A stretch of 64,000 bases of DNA from Polyangiaceae bacterium (GTDB taxonomy: Bacteria; Myxococcota_A; Polyangia; Polyangiales; Polyangiaceae): NCBI GenBank assembly GCA_050287085.1, contig JBNKBE010000029.1, forward strand, positions 1-64,000, written 5' to 3'. Position numbers and translations under genes: made by a program. Below the pieces are notes generated by a model, which saw nothing but the letters and a program-made list of their open reading frames with translations, did no database searches and was not told the origin of the DNA. Shown here piece by piece: positions 36,939 through 48,500 of the stretch. Numbering within the stretch: the first letter of the stretch is position 1; every line of letters begins with the position of its first letter.

Positions 36939-38285
36939 CTAATGCGCTTTGAAGTCCCACCACCACCTGGCACGTGGAGTCTCGAGCACCGTTCGGCACC
37001 ACTCTTTCGTCATCCAGCCGCTGACGAGCGGGTCAGTAAGTAGCACGGCTGGCGCCACTTGAGCGGAGTACACTGGGAGCCAACTGGCGAGGCGGCTGAC
37101 AATAGCTTCCAGCGCGGGTTCGGGTTCTTGCCAGCTTGCGATCCGGACGGCGTCATCAAACTTACAGACCTCTGGATGGCTCTTCATGAGTTCCAGAGCA
37201 ATCTCCCGCTGATCGTACTGCACCGCCATGAGAAATCGGTGGCGCCGACGACTAGCTTCGTTCTGCGAATACGTGGACGGCACGCCGCGCCGCTCGTAGT
37301 CGGCCCACTGCTGCGCACATTCCTCGACCGAAGGCGGAGCGGTCTTCCGCCCGGCGAGCTGACGCGAAAAGGCATCTTCGCGGGCCTGAGCCGCGGCCGT
37401 GAGCCACTCGTGGGCGTGACCGTAGACCGAAGGCAAGACTTCGGCAATCCGCGCCACAGCCGCCCAGTCCCCGGTCTCGGCTCCCGCGCGTGAAACCAAG
37501 GCCGCTAGTTCGACGGGCACGTTTCTGTGGGGAAACGCGTCGACATCGCTCACCGCCGGGGCAGCGTGATCGAGGACCGCCTGCCAGTTTCCGAGGTACG
37601 CCTGAAGATACACGATCGAAGCTGCCGCGGAGGCGCTGCCCTGGGCATGAAACTGCTCGAGGGCAGCCAGCGCCAGAGCCGAATGCCCACGCACGGCGAA
37701 GACCTGAGCCTGCTTCGGATTGCGGAACAGGTGCTCGCGGTCGCCCTCGCCGACGAGGACTGGAGACAACGCTTCTGGAGGGCGACTCCCCAACTCTCGG
37801 GCGACCTTCTGCAGAAAGGCCTTGAAGCCCCGGGACAGCACCCGACGTTCCGCGTCGTCGTGCAGGAACTCGACGACTTGCCCCGGCTTACCCGTTCTGC
37901 CGGGTCCCATGTCCAAGCAAATGAAGTCGCCAAAACCGTCCGCCATCACGGGGATCCAGTCTCGACGCCACCAGCCCGCTTGGACCTTCTTGTCAGCGTT
38001 GGTTTTCAGCCCATCAAACTCGCCGGCGTCGAGCAGATGGCGCATCTCCGCCGCCTCCGTGCACACCTCGTGCAAGGGCAACAGTCGCCAGTAGTCATAG
38101 AGCTGCTCATCGTTCTGACCGTCGTGCACCCGCAGCGATTCGATGTAGTCGTCGGGAAACTCTACGTTCATCGTACGTTGAGCTTCTGCTATCTGGTCTT
38201 CGCTTGCGCCATCACGCAGCGACTCCAGGAGTGCAGGCTCCTGCGCGCCTCGCGTCTTGTGGATCTTCCGCCAGGTCTTGTTCAC
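36939..38285 (-). CDS. SMI1/KNR4 (SUKH) domain protein with helical C-terminal extension
   Basis: GASEDQIAEAQ...FPDDY.ESLRVHDGQ; WW...WIPV..DG.GD..CLD..PG..G..GQV. Confidence 0.85.
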   Translation of the reverse strand: MNKTWRKIHKTRGAQEPALLESLRDGASEDQIAEAQRTMNVEFPDDYIESLRVHDGQNDEQLYDYWRLLPLHEVCTEAAEMRHLLDAGEFDGLKTNADKKVQAGWWRRDWIPVMADGFGDFICLDMGPGRTGKPGQVVEFLHDDAERRVLSRGFKAFLQKVARELGSRPPEALSPVLVGEGDREHLFRNPKQAQVFAVRGHSALALAALEQFHAQGSASAAASIVYLQAYLGNWQAVLDHAAPAVSDVDAFPHRNVPVELAALVSRAGAETGDWAAVARIAEVLPSVYGHAHEWLTAAAQAREDAFSRQLAGRKTAPPSVEECAQQWADYERRGVPSTYSQNEASRRRHRFLMAVQYDQREIALELMKSHPEVCKFDDAVRIASWQEPEPALEAIVSRLASWLPVYSAQVAPAVLLTDPLVSGWMTKEWCRTVLETPRARWWWDFKAH

Positions 38286-38343
38286 GTCTAGCTCCCATTC
38301 GATTCCGATTCAGCGTCCGAGGCGCTCTGAGGCGAGAGTAAGC

Positions 38344-39045
38344 CTAGCCGTGCTCCGCGGCTGGAGCGCGAACGGCCTTGACCCCTGCAAACATGCCGGG
38401 CCGCAGCCAGGTTGAGACAGTGCGCGTCAGCACGGGAGAGCCGCGGAGCTCGAACTGCCCGCGGCGCTTGGCCTCACTGAGCGCGATGTCGCCGGCCCAA
38501 ATCTCGTTGAGGGTGCGTGCGTTGGTGGTGATGGTCAGATCGCTATCGTGGCCCGGCTTGTTGACACACAGTTCTCGTTTGTTCGGGTCGACGACGAGCC
38601 ACCATTGGGTGATGCCTTGCGCTCCGTTGACGACGAAGTGGATGACATTGCGGCACGCCGGCAACGCGTCCACATCGACGCGGCGGCAAAAGTCGAACAT
38701 CACGAGTTCGACGTCGAGTTCGTCGTCCGACATCTGACCGCGTGCCCAGCGACTGCCCCACTCCCCAAGCCCCATCATGATGGGCTGTAGCTCTCGACCC
38801 GCCGCCGTAAGAAAGTACTCGGTGCGCTTGTCCGACGTCTTCTTCTTGATGACTAGGCCGCCGTCGACGAGCTGCCCCAGACGCTTGGTCAGCAGGGTCG
38901 GCGAGATCTGGCAGAGCGCCCTTTGAAAGTCGGTGAAGCGGCTCGTGCCGAGCAGAAGCTCTCGAATGATGAGCAATGTCCAGCGCTCGCCGAGCAGCTC
39001 GGCGGCTTTCGAGATGGGGCAGGTTTGACCGTATTTGATGCTCAT
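38344..39045 (-). CDS. HxlR-family winged-helix regulator with SCP2-like C-terminal domain
   Basis: YGQTCPISKAAELLGERWTLLIIRELL.GTSRF; EY.LT.AG. Confidence 0.9.
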   Translation of the reverse strand: MSIKYGQTCPISKAAELLGERWTLLIIRELLLGTSRFTDFQRALCQISPTLLTKRLGQLVDGGLVIKKKTSDKRTEYFLTAAGRELQPIMMGLGEWGSRWARGQMSDDELDVELVMFDFCRRVDVDALPACRNVIHFVVNGAQGITQWWLVVDPNKRELCVNKPGHDSDLTITTNARTLNEIWAGDIALSEAKRRGQFELRGSPVLTRTVSTWLRPGMFAGVKAVRAPAAEHG

Positions 39046-39199
39046 GGTCCTTCGGAGGAGTAACTACAGAAAATGGAGTGGAACACTACATTCTGTGTCG
39101 TGGATGGGGTGGCGGCAGGGCGTTAAACACTCTTCATCGGTGAGCGGCAAAGGCTGCCCACCCATCAAAACCCCAACCAAGAAAAAAAAGGAAGTACTC

Positions 39200-39454
39200 A
39201 TGCCGCTCATCAACGTCGATATCATCGAAAACGTTTTCACTCCCGCACAGAAGCTCCAAATCGTCGAGAAGCTCACCGACGCTATGGTAGAAATCGAAGG
39301 TCCGGCCCTGCGAGCTGTTACCTGGGTGAAGATCAACGAGGTCAAAGAATCGAACTGGGCCATCGGCGGGCAACCCCTCCGTGCGGCCGACGTCCTGCGA
39401 ATGCAAGCTCAGGGTGCCGAAGAACCGGACCAAGACGCGAGGCGCTCTGCCTGA
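39200..39454 (+). CDS. 4-oxalocrotonate tautomerase family protein
   Basis: Starts MP(LINV); QK..I...LTDAMV..EG..R.VTWV.I.EV...NW.IGG. Confidence 0.9.
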   Translation: MPLINVDIIENVFTPAQKLQIVEKLTDAMVEIEGPALRAVTWVKINEVKESNWAIGGQPLRAADVLRMQAQGAEEPDQDARRSA

Positions 39455-39481
39455 CCCATACCGTTCGCCCAGCCTGCCCCA

Positions 39482-39517
39482 GAGCCGTATCGTGCGGAAC
39501 TCCCGCGATGCGGCTTC
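39482..39517 (+). terminator. Stem-loop downstream of the tautomerase gene
   Basis: AGCCGTATCGTG / CGCGATGCGGCT 12-bp stem with two G-U pairs. No strong U tract. Confidence 0.4.
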
Positions 39518-39740
39518 CGGGGCAGGCGGTGACCCTGCTTTCGCGTCTATTGAGGCTACTCCCCTGGAATCGTTCGGTGGCGCTATCTTGGAGCGTAGTT
39601 CGCCAGTGCTTGCTGCAACCACCGAGACAAGGTCTGTTTGAGTTGCAGCCGTCGCAAACCTCAATTCGCACAGCTTCGCCGCGCACGTCAGTCCTACGCC
39701 TTGACATCCGGGCCCAGCGGGCAAACCCTGTCTGGCTCCC

Positions 39741-40895
39741 GTGAATAGCCTGGCTCCCGCAAATATTGTCCGCTCCCATCGTCACTGGTGCTTGCTGCTG
39801 GTGAGCGCGTGCCGTGCCACGAGCCCCAATGAGCCGGCGCACACGCTGGCAAGTCCCCACGCGGCAAGGCCCGCCGCCAGCGCCTACGGCCAGTCGTCAC
39901 AGGCGGCGCCGGCCCCCCCAAAAAAGTCGTTCCCCAGAAAGCGCGTGTCGCCCGGGGCCCCGCCCGTTTGTGTCCTCAAGGGCGAACCCTGGCTACCCGG
40001 GAGCCGTGACGATGTGCTCACGCTGTTCCCGGGAGGCCCCGCGTTCGTGCGCGTCTTGGATTCGGCCGCCACCATCGAGGTCCCAGCCGGCGACACGACT
40101 CACGTCTTCGTACGCGTATCGAGCAGCGGCTGGAATTGGGCAGGTCACCTCGCGGCCGAATCGTTTTCAGTGCGAACTCTCCGTACGCTCATCCACGACG
40201 GCTTTCTCTTGCCCACCGAGTTTGCCGACCTCGACGTCGTGCGAGCGGAGAGCGCGCAGCTGTGGCTGGTCGCGCGTCCCCCGGGCATCGCACAGCGCGT
40301 GCTGGCACCACAACCGGAACCCTACGCCTGCGACGAAGTCCACATCGGACCGCCTCCGCTGCGCGACGCTGAAGCGCTCCTGCCGGGCGACCCCGACGCG
40401 CGTCGCCCGGTCCGGCTGCGCGCAGGTGAAGTTGCATTGAGCCTCGAACCCGGCTCAGAGCCCATAGCCCGGCTTGTCGTCGATGCGTCGTCGCAGGATG
40501 TCGCGTTGCTGCAGCAAAGCGGCAACTCCAGTCGCATCGCGGTCACCACCACTACGACGCTCGTATTTGGCTGGGTACCGACGAGTCAGCTGCTGCCGGC
40601 TGCACCCGCCGAAGACGCCTACGGCGAAGGCCGCTTCGGCCTGAGCGGCATGGTCGGTGACTACGTAGAAGAGCAGCAGGCGCGCGGCACGACGTATCAC
40701 TGTCCCTTCAGCCTCCCCGTAGTCGCGCGTGTCGCCGACGACGTCATGGAGGTTGGCAGCATCGACGCCGGCACCCCCATTCGGGCAGTATCTCATGATG
40801 GGCTTGCGATCCTCGAGCCTCCGGTCGGGATGAGGCTAGCGAAAGGGGCGCGACTCGAAACGGAAAGCGAACCACTCACGCGCTGTTCCCATTGA
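39741..40895 (+). CDS. Hypothetical lipoprotein
   Basis: CLLLVSAC lipobox and a Pro-rich linker. Confidence 0.6.
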   Translation: MNSLAPANIVRSHRHWCLLLVSACRATSPNEPAHTLASPHAARPAASAYGQSSQAAPAPPKKSFPRKRVSPGAPPVCVLKGEPWLPGSRDDVLTLFPGGPAFVRVLDSAATIEVPAGDTTHVFVRVSSSGWNWAGHLAAESFSVRTLRTLIHDGFLLPTEFADLDVVRAESAQLWLVARPPGIAQRVLAPQPEPYACDEVHIGPPPLRDAEALLPGDPDARRPVRLRAGEVALSLEPGSEPIARLVVDASSQDVALLQQSGNSSRIAVTTTTTLVFGWVPTSQLLPAAPAEDAYGEGRFGLSGMVGDYVEEQQARGTTYHCPFSLPVVARVADDVMEVGSIDAGTPIRAVSHDGLAILEPPVGMRLAKGARLETESEPLTRCSH

Positions 40896-40965
40896 CCGTC
40901 GCGTGGTTGCGCCCGCAGCATAACCCAGCCGCCGCACCCATGATGACGAGTGGAACCGCGGTGTC

Positions 40966-42891
40966 TCAGGCAGGCGTGCCGTCGCGGCTTTGCTCAGCCC
41001 GCGTAGACGGCGCGTCGTGCACAGGCGGCCCAAGCAGCTGCTGCAACTCGACCTTGTCGAGGGTTTCCTTTGTCAGCAAAGTGGCAACCAGAGAGTCGAG
41101 CTCAGCGCGTCGCGACAAGATGGTTGCCTTGGCCTCACTCAAAGCCTTCACGAGAAACGTCCGGGCCTCCTGCTCGATGACGTGAACCGTCGCGTCACTG
41201 GTGCTGCCATCGGAAGCGAGCGTGCGGCCGAGAAACGGGTGCTCTGTCTTGTGCTCGTAGTACATCGGCCCAATGAGTTCGCTCATGCCGAAGTGAGCCA
41301 CCATCTTGAACGCCAGTGCCGTGGCCCGCTTGAGGTCGTTCTCCGCGCCCGATGAACACGTTCCCAGAACCACTTCTTCTGCGGCGTATCCGCCCATCAG
41401 CACGCAAAGTCGTGATTCGAGCTCTGGACGCGTCAGAAGGTGCTTGTCCACACCGGGGGACTGCTGGGTGACGCCCAACGTCATACCGCGGGGAATGATG
41501 CTCACACGCTCCAGCGGTTCGGAGTGGCTCGCGTAGTGGGCGAGCGTTGCGTGTCCCGATTCGTGAATGGCGACTCGTCGCTTTTCCTCGGGGTCGAGTT
41601 TGGTCTCGCGAACGTCACCGAGGACGATCCGGTCGTAGGCGTCCGCAAAGTCTTGGGCTTCGATGCTGGACGCGCCTCGCCGCGTCGCTGCCAGGGCCGC
41701 CTCGTTCGCGAGGTTTGCCAAGTCGGCCCCGGAGAACCCCGGCGTATTGTCCGCAATCGTGTCCAAGTTCGTGTCTTCAGCGAGGGGCTTGTCGCGGGTA
41801 TGCACTTCGAGGATTGACTTACGGGCCGCCCGCTCCGGTCGGTCCACGACGACCTGACGATCGAAGCGCCCTGGTCGTAGGAGAGCCGAATCGAGCACGT
41901 CGGGTCGGTTGGTTGCGGCGATCACGACCGTGAGGTCGTTGCGGGTGAAGCCGTCCATTTCCGTCAGCAGTTGGTTGAGAGTCTGTTCGCGTTCGTCGTT
42001 GCCGCCGCCCATGCCCGCTCCGCGAGCGCGTCCCACTGCGTCGATCTCGTCGATGAAGACGATCGATGGTGCCGACTTTTTGGCTTCTTCGAAGAGCGTC
42101 CGCACGCGCGACGCACCGACGCCGACGAACATCTCGATGAACTCGGATCCGCTAATCGAAAGAAAGGGGACGCCCGCCTCTCCGGCTACAGCCCGCGCCA
42201 GCAGCGTTTTTCCAGTACCTGGGGGTCCTACCAAGAGGACACCGCGGGGCACCTTGCCCCCCAGTCGCCGAAACTTGTCCGGCTCTTTCAGAAAATCCGC
42301 GATCTCCCTCAGATCCCGTTTCGGACCTTGTAGGCCAGCGACATCCTCGAAGGTGACGCCGACTTGAGCTTCTTTCTCGTAGCGGCGTGAGCGCCCCCGC
42401 ATCATGCTTGCCAAGGGCCCCTTGCCCATCATTCCGGATGCGCGACGCGAGATCCAGCTCCAGGCGGCGATGAGCAAGAGCCAGGGAACGACTGTGAAGA
42501 GCAACCGTACGAAGAATGGTTGCTCCTCACTTTCGACGCGTACGTCGACTTCCTTCTGCCTCAACAGCGGGACGAACGCCTGGTCGTCTTGACTGGGGAG
42601 GCGAGACGAAAACGCGGTGATCGACCTGCCTTCAATCGACTGAGGAGCCGTCAGCGTGCCCGTGACGGCCTGTCCGCGGATGACAACACTCGCCACTTGT
42701 CCTTGCTCGACGAGCCGGAACAAGTCGGAGTAGCTGAGTCCCGGCTGGGACCCTCCTCCGCTACCCGAGAATTGAAAGAAGGCGAACGCTGCCAACAGAA
42801 CCACCGGCGCGACCCAGCGTCTCCACGGCGCGGGTACACTTGGATCCGGAGGGCTCGGTCCAGAAGAGGGGGATGGGGCGTCGGTTGTCAC
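40966..42891 (-). CDS. ftsH: ATP-dependent zinc metalloprotease FtsH
   Basis: 2 TMs; [44 protein letters not shown]. Start uncertain. Confidence 0.95.
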   Translation of the reverse strand: MTTDAPSPSSGPSPPDPSVPAPWRRWVAPVVLLAAFAFFQFSGSGGGSQPGLSYSDLFRLVEQGQVASVVIRGQAVTGTLTAPQSIEGRSITAFSSRLPSQDDQAFVPLLRQKEVDVRVESEEQPFFVRLLFTVVPWLLLIAAWSWISRRASGMMGKGPLASMMRGRSRRYEKEAQVGVTFEDVAGLQGPKRDLREIADFLKEPDKFRRLGGKVPRGVLLVGPPGTGKTLLARAVAGEAGVPFLSISGSEFIEMFVGVGASRVRTLFEEAKKSAPSIVFIDEIDAVGRARGAGMGGGNDEREQTLNQLLTEMDGFTRNDLTVVIAATNRPDVLDSALLRPGRFDRQVVVDRPERAARKSILEVHTRDKPLAEDTNLDTIADNTPGFSGADLANLANEAALAATRRGASSIEAQDFADAYDRIVLGDVRETKLDPEEKRRVAIHESGHATLAHYASHSEPLERVSIIPRGMTLGVTQQSPGVDKHLLTRPELESRLCVLMGGYAAEEVVLGTCSSGAENDLKRATALAFKMVAHFGMSELIGPMYYEHKTEHPFLGRTLASDGSTSDATVHVIEQEARTFLVKALSEAKATILSRRAELDSLVATLLTKETLDKVELQQLLGPPVHDAPSTRAEQSRDGTPA

Positions 42892-43159
42892 GTGTTGATT
42901 CGCGTCTCGGACATAGAAAGGCGCTCTCCCAGCAGCACGATGCGTGCCATGTGGCGTAGAGCTGTCTCCAAGCGATCGCCTCGTCATCGGAACCCATGAC
43001 CAGTCCATCAAGATGATGACCCGGGTTTCATTCTGACGATCGTCTGCCCGGTGTCTGCCGCCAGTTTGAACCCGGAAACGACACGGCACGATCATTGCTG
43101 ATGCTGCGAACGTGGAGATCTATCAATGAAGAAGCCCCTCGACAGTCAGAAGGAATGCG

Positions 43160-44194
43160 ATGCCGTCCGATAATGGGGCCCCGGAAGACTCTCTCGAAGG
43201 CTTGCTCCGGCGAATCCAAGGTAGGGTTCTGGCATTCAGTCCCCAAAGCCCAGCGCTCGTCGCGGGTTTCGTCGCCGCGGTTCTGCTGGTCGCGATCGGT
43301 GCTTGGACCTCATTCTATCAGGTGCCGAGCGACTCCGTCGCCGTCGTACAGCGCTTTGGCAAGTACTTGGTCGAGGTCCCGCCGGGGCTCCACGCCAAGC
43401 TACCGCTCGGCATCGACGTAGCCACCATCGTTCCTGTCAAGCGCCAGCTGAAGCAGGAGTTCGGTTTCAACACACCAGGAGCCACCGACCCCTACCAGAG
43501 CACCAACGGCGGAAAGCGCGACGAGAAACGCGAAACGGAGATGGTGACCGGTGATCTCAACGCGGCATTGGTCGAGTGGGTCGTGCAGTACCGCATCTCG
43601 GACCCCGTCAAGTTTCTGTTCGAGGTTCGCGAACCCAGCGAAACTCTGCGCTACGTCTCCGAATCCGTGATGCGAGAGGTCGTGGGAGACCGGACCGTGG
43701 ACGAGGTGATCACCATCGGTAGGCAGGAGATCGAAATGGAAGCATTGACCAAGATGCAGGAGCTCTCGACCAAATACGCCATGGGGCTCAGCATCGATCA
43801 GGTACAGCTCAAGAACATCAACCCGCCCCAGCCGGTGCAAGAGTCGTTCAACGAGGTGAATCAAGCTCAGCAGGAGAAGGAAAAACTGATCAACGAAGCT
43901 CGACGCGACTACAACAAGGTCATCCCGCTCGCCCAAGGCGAGAAAGACCAGCGCATTCGCGAGGCCGACGGTTACAGGCTCAAACGCGTCAACGAAGCAG
44001 AGGGCGACGCTGCTCGCTTCAGCGCGCTGTTTGCCGAGTACGAAAAGGCCCCCGAAGTCACGGGGCGTCGCATCTACATCGAGACACTGCAGGCCGTGAT
44101 GCCGCAGTTGCGCTCCAAGATCGTCGTCGACGAACAGGCCAGAAGCATCTTACCCCTGCTGAAACTGGACACACCACAGGCAAAACAACCATGA
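43160..44194 (+). CDS. hflK: FtsH modulator HflK
   Basis: TM plus SPFH domain; MVTGDLN; V..SFNEVNQAQQEKE..INEA; YEKAPEVT.RR.Y.ET. Confidence 0.92.
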   Translation: MPSDNGAPEDSLEGLLRRIQGRVLAFSPQSPALVAGFVAAVLLVAIGAWTSFYQVPSDSVAVVQRFGKYLVEVPPGLHAKLPLGIDVATIVPVKRQLKQEFGFNTPGATDPYQSTNGGKRDEKRETEMVTGDLNAALVEWVVQYRISDPVKFLFEVREPSETLRYVSESVMREVVGDRTVDEVITIGRQEIEMEALTKMQELSTKYAMGLSIDQVQLKNINPPQPVQESFNEVNQAQQEKEKLINEARRDYNKVIPLAQGEKDQRIREADGYRLKRVNEAEGDAARFSALFAEYEKAPEVTGRRIYIETLQAVMPQLRSKIVVDEQARSILPLLKLDTPQAKQP

Positions 44195-45185
44195 GCATCC
44201 GCCGAATCTCCCTCGTCTCGTTGGTTTGCCTCGCTGCGTACGTCGGTGTCAGTTCGCTGTATACGGTCAGCGAAGTCGAGCAAGTGATCATCACCCAGTT
44301 TGGTAAACCCGTGGCGAGCCCGTTACCTCGGCCGGGATAAAGCTCAAGGTTCCTTTCGTGCAGGAAGTGAACCCAATCGACAAGCGGGTTCTCGAGTGGG
44401 ACGGAAACCCCTCGGACATGCCGACCAAGGACAAGCTGTACATCTCGGTGGACCTGTTTGCGCGTTGGCGCATCACGGCGCCACTGCAGTACTTCCTTCG
44501 TTTGCACGACGAGCGCTGCGCGCAGTCCCGCCTCGACGACCTTCTCGGCAGTGAGACGCGCAATGCCGTGGCCAAGCACGAACTGATCGAGATCATCCGC
44601 ACGACCAAGGGCAGAGTACCGCTGCGCGATTCTTTGCTCACCGATGCGGAGCGCGAGCAAGACATCGGCAGCCTGGTCCCGATTCACAAGGGTCGTCAGC
44701 TCGTCGAGCAGGAGATCTTCACGGCGGCGGCAGAGAAAGTCCGCGTGTTCGGGATCGAACTGCTCGACATCCGATTCAAGCGCATCAACTACAACGAAAG
44801 CGTTCGCCCCAAGATCTACGATCGCATGGTCAGTGAACGGCGCCAGATAGCCCAACGCTTTCTCTCCGAGGGCAACGGCGAAGCCGCTAGAATCCGTGGC
44901 AACCGGGTGCGCGACTTGAACAAGATCCAATCGGAAGCCTACCGGGAAGTGGAAAAGATCCGAGGCGTTGCCGATGCCAGGGCCAGCGAGATCTACGCGG
45001 GCGCTTACAACCAAAGCCCAAAGACGGCTGCATTCTACGAGTTCACGCGGACGATGCAGGCCTACGAGGACCTCATCGCCAAAAAAACCACACTCGTTCT
45101 GTCCACTGACAGCGACCTGTTCAAGTTCCTAAAGGGGATGGACTTCGAAGGGGGAGCAATACGCGGAAAGACTCCGCAACCATGA
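44191..45185 (+). pseudogene. hflC: HflC with a single-base frameshift near 44311-44314 (real or sequencing error)
   Basis: Frame from 44191 reads MSIRR..YTVSEVEQVIITQFGKPV. It continues in another frame as GEPVTSAGIKLKVPFVQEVNPIDKR...RM.SER...RG.ADA. Confidence 0.9.
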
Positions 45186-45512
45186 GCACGACGCTTCGGT
45201 GGTGCGGCATGGGTGACTTTCGGGTCGACGGTGGTTTGAGCTCGTAAGCCGTTGACCCGAAAAGCGTCTCGCAGAGCCGAAGCGGGCCGTACTCTTTTGG
45301 TACGGGTGGCGAGCGAGGTGCGACGCCTGCCTGAACTCCAGTGGAGCCAGTTCGTAGGGCACGCCGACTATGATCTCTCCAGGGAAACGTTCCACGTTGG
45401 TCGGGGTGAGCTTCCCCTGCTCAGTGGAAGCGCTCAGAGCAGCGCGACAGTGGACTGCAGGATCGAAGTGGGGTAGTAAAGTTAGTGGGGTAGTGGAACT
45501 TCGAACCACAAG

Positions 45513-48500
45513 ATGCACCTCATAAACAACGCCCCATATGGACTCTTGGTAGCGAGCCTGGCCCTATCAATGAGCGTTGCCTGCTCCAGTGGTGGAGCGA
45601 ACAACTCGAGCGATACCGACACAGGCATCAGTACCGGTGCCGACACGGACGCCGGTACTGATGCCAGCACGGGAACGGATACGGATACCGGCACAGGTAC
45701 CGACACCGACACCAGTACCGACGTCGACGCCAGTACCGACACCGACACCAGTACTGACGTCGATACCAGTACCGACACCGACACCAGTACTGATGCCGAC
45801 ACAGGCACCAACGAAGACCCCGATACAGACGAGGAGCCGTACGTCGACACGGGTCCCGATGGATTCATACACCCCTCTCTCCCCACCACTTTGGAGGAGC
45901 TGGACACCATCAAGGCCAACCTCGACAAGGAACCTTGGAAGTCGGGATATGCTGCGTTAGCAGCTGATGGTCGATCGCAGCTCGGATATGTGATGGGCGG
46001 CCCGTTCCGGGTGGTGAAACGCAACCCTCACGAGAACCTCTGGCCGTGGCGGGGAGACATGAGCGCTTTCTATCAACTCGCCCGGATGTGGTACTTTACG
46101 GGCGACGAGGCGTACGCCGAAAAGGCGCGGGAGATCATCATCGCGTGGGCGACCACCCACGAGGTCTTTGGCGGTAACGAATCTGGTCTCGATCTGGGGG
46201 ACTACGCCATCGCCTATGGCGGCGGCGCTAGCATTCTTCGCGGCACCTGGCCCGGCTGGACGCGGGAAGACACGATCACGGTACAGAATTACTTCCGGAA
46301 CATTCTTTGGCCCGCCACTGCTGCTCCCAACAACATCTCCGGCCCTGCCAACAAAGGCTCACTCAATTTGGTCGCCGGCGCCGTGATCGCCGTCTTCTGC
46401 GACGACACCGAGATGTTCAACCACGTCGTTGACGTCTTCCGCAATTATCCGGGCGCTGGCCTACCGAATATTCTCGCCACGGGACAGATGGGTGAGACGG
46501 GGCGCGACTGGGGTCACGCGTACAACGACCTCTTAGCTCGCACCCTCACCGCCGAGATCCTTTGGAAACAAGGCATCGACGTTTACTCGGCATCGGACAA
46601 CCGACTGCTTGCCGCCGGCGAATACCACGCTCGCAACACCTCGAGCTTTGACACGCCCTTCGTTCCGTACGGCACCGTCGATTATACCTACTATGCGAAC
46701 GCTGGCGGGCTGAACAGCCAGGACCGGGGCGCCTATTACCTTCTCCAAAACGCGTACAAGAACCGCCTCGGTCTGCCCACGCCCTGGATCGATCGGAAGA
46801 TCAAGGAGCAAGGGGTACACGGCGGCAATTTCATGTTTGCCAAGACCGCCGACTTCTCTACGGCCACGGCACCACCAGTCGATCCGCGTCCGGCGGTTTC
46901 CCCGGCTTCGAACGGCTTGACCCTGACTACCCTTGGCGGACAAACGGAGGGAAGGAGCGCCTCCTATTCGGACGGGGTATGGACGGTCACCGGCCTCGGG
47001 AGCGGAGTATGGACTGATGGCGTCGACGACAGCCAGTTTGTCTACAGGGAGATGAGCGGCGACTGCGCCATGGTTGCTCAAGTCACTTCGACAACGTTCT
47101 CGGGTTCACAGAACGGCAAAATAGGTCTGATGATCCGCGACAATCTGGTCGGCGAGGTTTCGCAACGCTCCTGGATCGGAATCGTAGCCACGGAATCCGA
47201 TGATCACCTAATTGAGGCCCGCTCTGACGGCTGGACGGTGACGTGGGGCGGAGGCAACTGGGCGAAGCGCTCTCAGGGCCTACCGCTCCCGCTGCCCTAC
47301 TGGCTCAAGATCGAACGCAAGGACGATGTCATCACGAGCTACACCTCTCAGGACGGCACCAGTTGGTCGCCCATCGTCAGCTCGGACTTCGGCAATCTGC
47401 CGTCCACCGTTTACGTCGGTATCCATGTCTCCAGCGGAACTGAGACGCCCAACACGGCCACCTTCGAGAACCTCTCCTACACTGGTGGCACGGGCGGTCT
47501 CGTGACCACGCCGGCCGCGCCAGCGACCCTGCTCGCCTCGGGCTCGGACAAAGCTGTCACCCTGCGCTGGCTACCCTCCTTCGGCGCCACCGCCTACGAT
47601 ATCCTCCGCTCCACCATCTCCGGCAGCGGCTACGAGGTCATCGCCAGCGATCTACCCGCCGACAAGACCAGCTATGTCGACACGGATGTCATCCTCGACA
47701 CAACCTACTACTACGTTGCTCGCGCCAAGAACTCCGCCGGGACCAGCGAAAATTCGCCCGAGTTCTACGCTGCGCCGCTGTCGGTACCGCTGATGATGCT
47801 CTCTCTGACCGGCGGCAGCCCCGACGACCAAGCCGGTAACGCGGCCAATGCCGCGACCGCCTTCGATGACGATTTCAACTCCTTCTGGTTCAACGAAGGG
47901 ACGACCGGCTGGTTGCAGTATGACTTCGGGACCAACTCCGCTCAGATCATCAAGCGCTACACGATCACCAGCGCCACTTTGATCCCCGAGCGCGATCCCA
48001 AGGACTGGCAGTTCCAAGGCTCCCATGACGGCAGCGACTGGACCACGCTCGACACACAAGCCGATCAGACCTTCGAGTTCCGCGCCCATCAGAACACCTT
48101 CGACATCGAAAATAGCACCGCCTATCGATACTATCGGCTTAACATCACCGCCAACAACGGCGACGCCGATTTCCTGCACCTCAGCGAACTTGGCCTATGG
48201 GGTGACAACGGTCGCGTGATCCCTGACGGCCTTTACCGGATTGCCAGCCGCAGCAGCAACAAGGTCATGCAGGTAAAAGGAAGCACCGAGGGCGCACCTG
48301 TCGTGCAGCAGGCCTTCGACGGGAGCGACAGCCAGCTGTGGAATATCCAGTGGCAGGGGGAGGGGCGCTACAACTTCACGCACGTGGGCAGCGACCAGGC
48401 GCTCGACAATGGCGGCACTTCCGACCCGGACGAAAACCTCGTCATCCAGCCCTCGGGCGGAAGCGACAGCCAGCTCTGGACCTTGGTTCCCAACGCTGAC

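Noticed and set aside
39482..39520. GAGCCGTAT... resembling group II intron domain V
   Set aside because: Perfect hairpin without the 2-nt bulge and GNRA loop, no domain VI and no reverse transcriptase. Better explained as a terminator-like stem.
45612..45810. DTDTST-type repeats as a separate element
   Set aside because: Low-complexity coding linker of the large lipoprotein.
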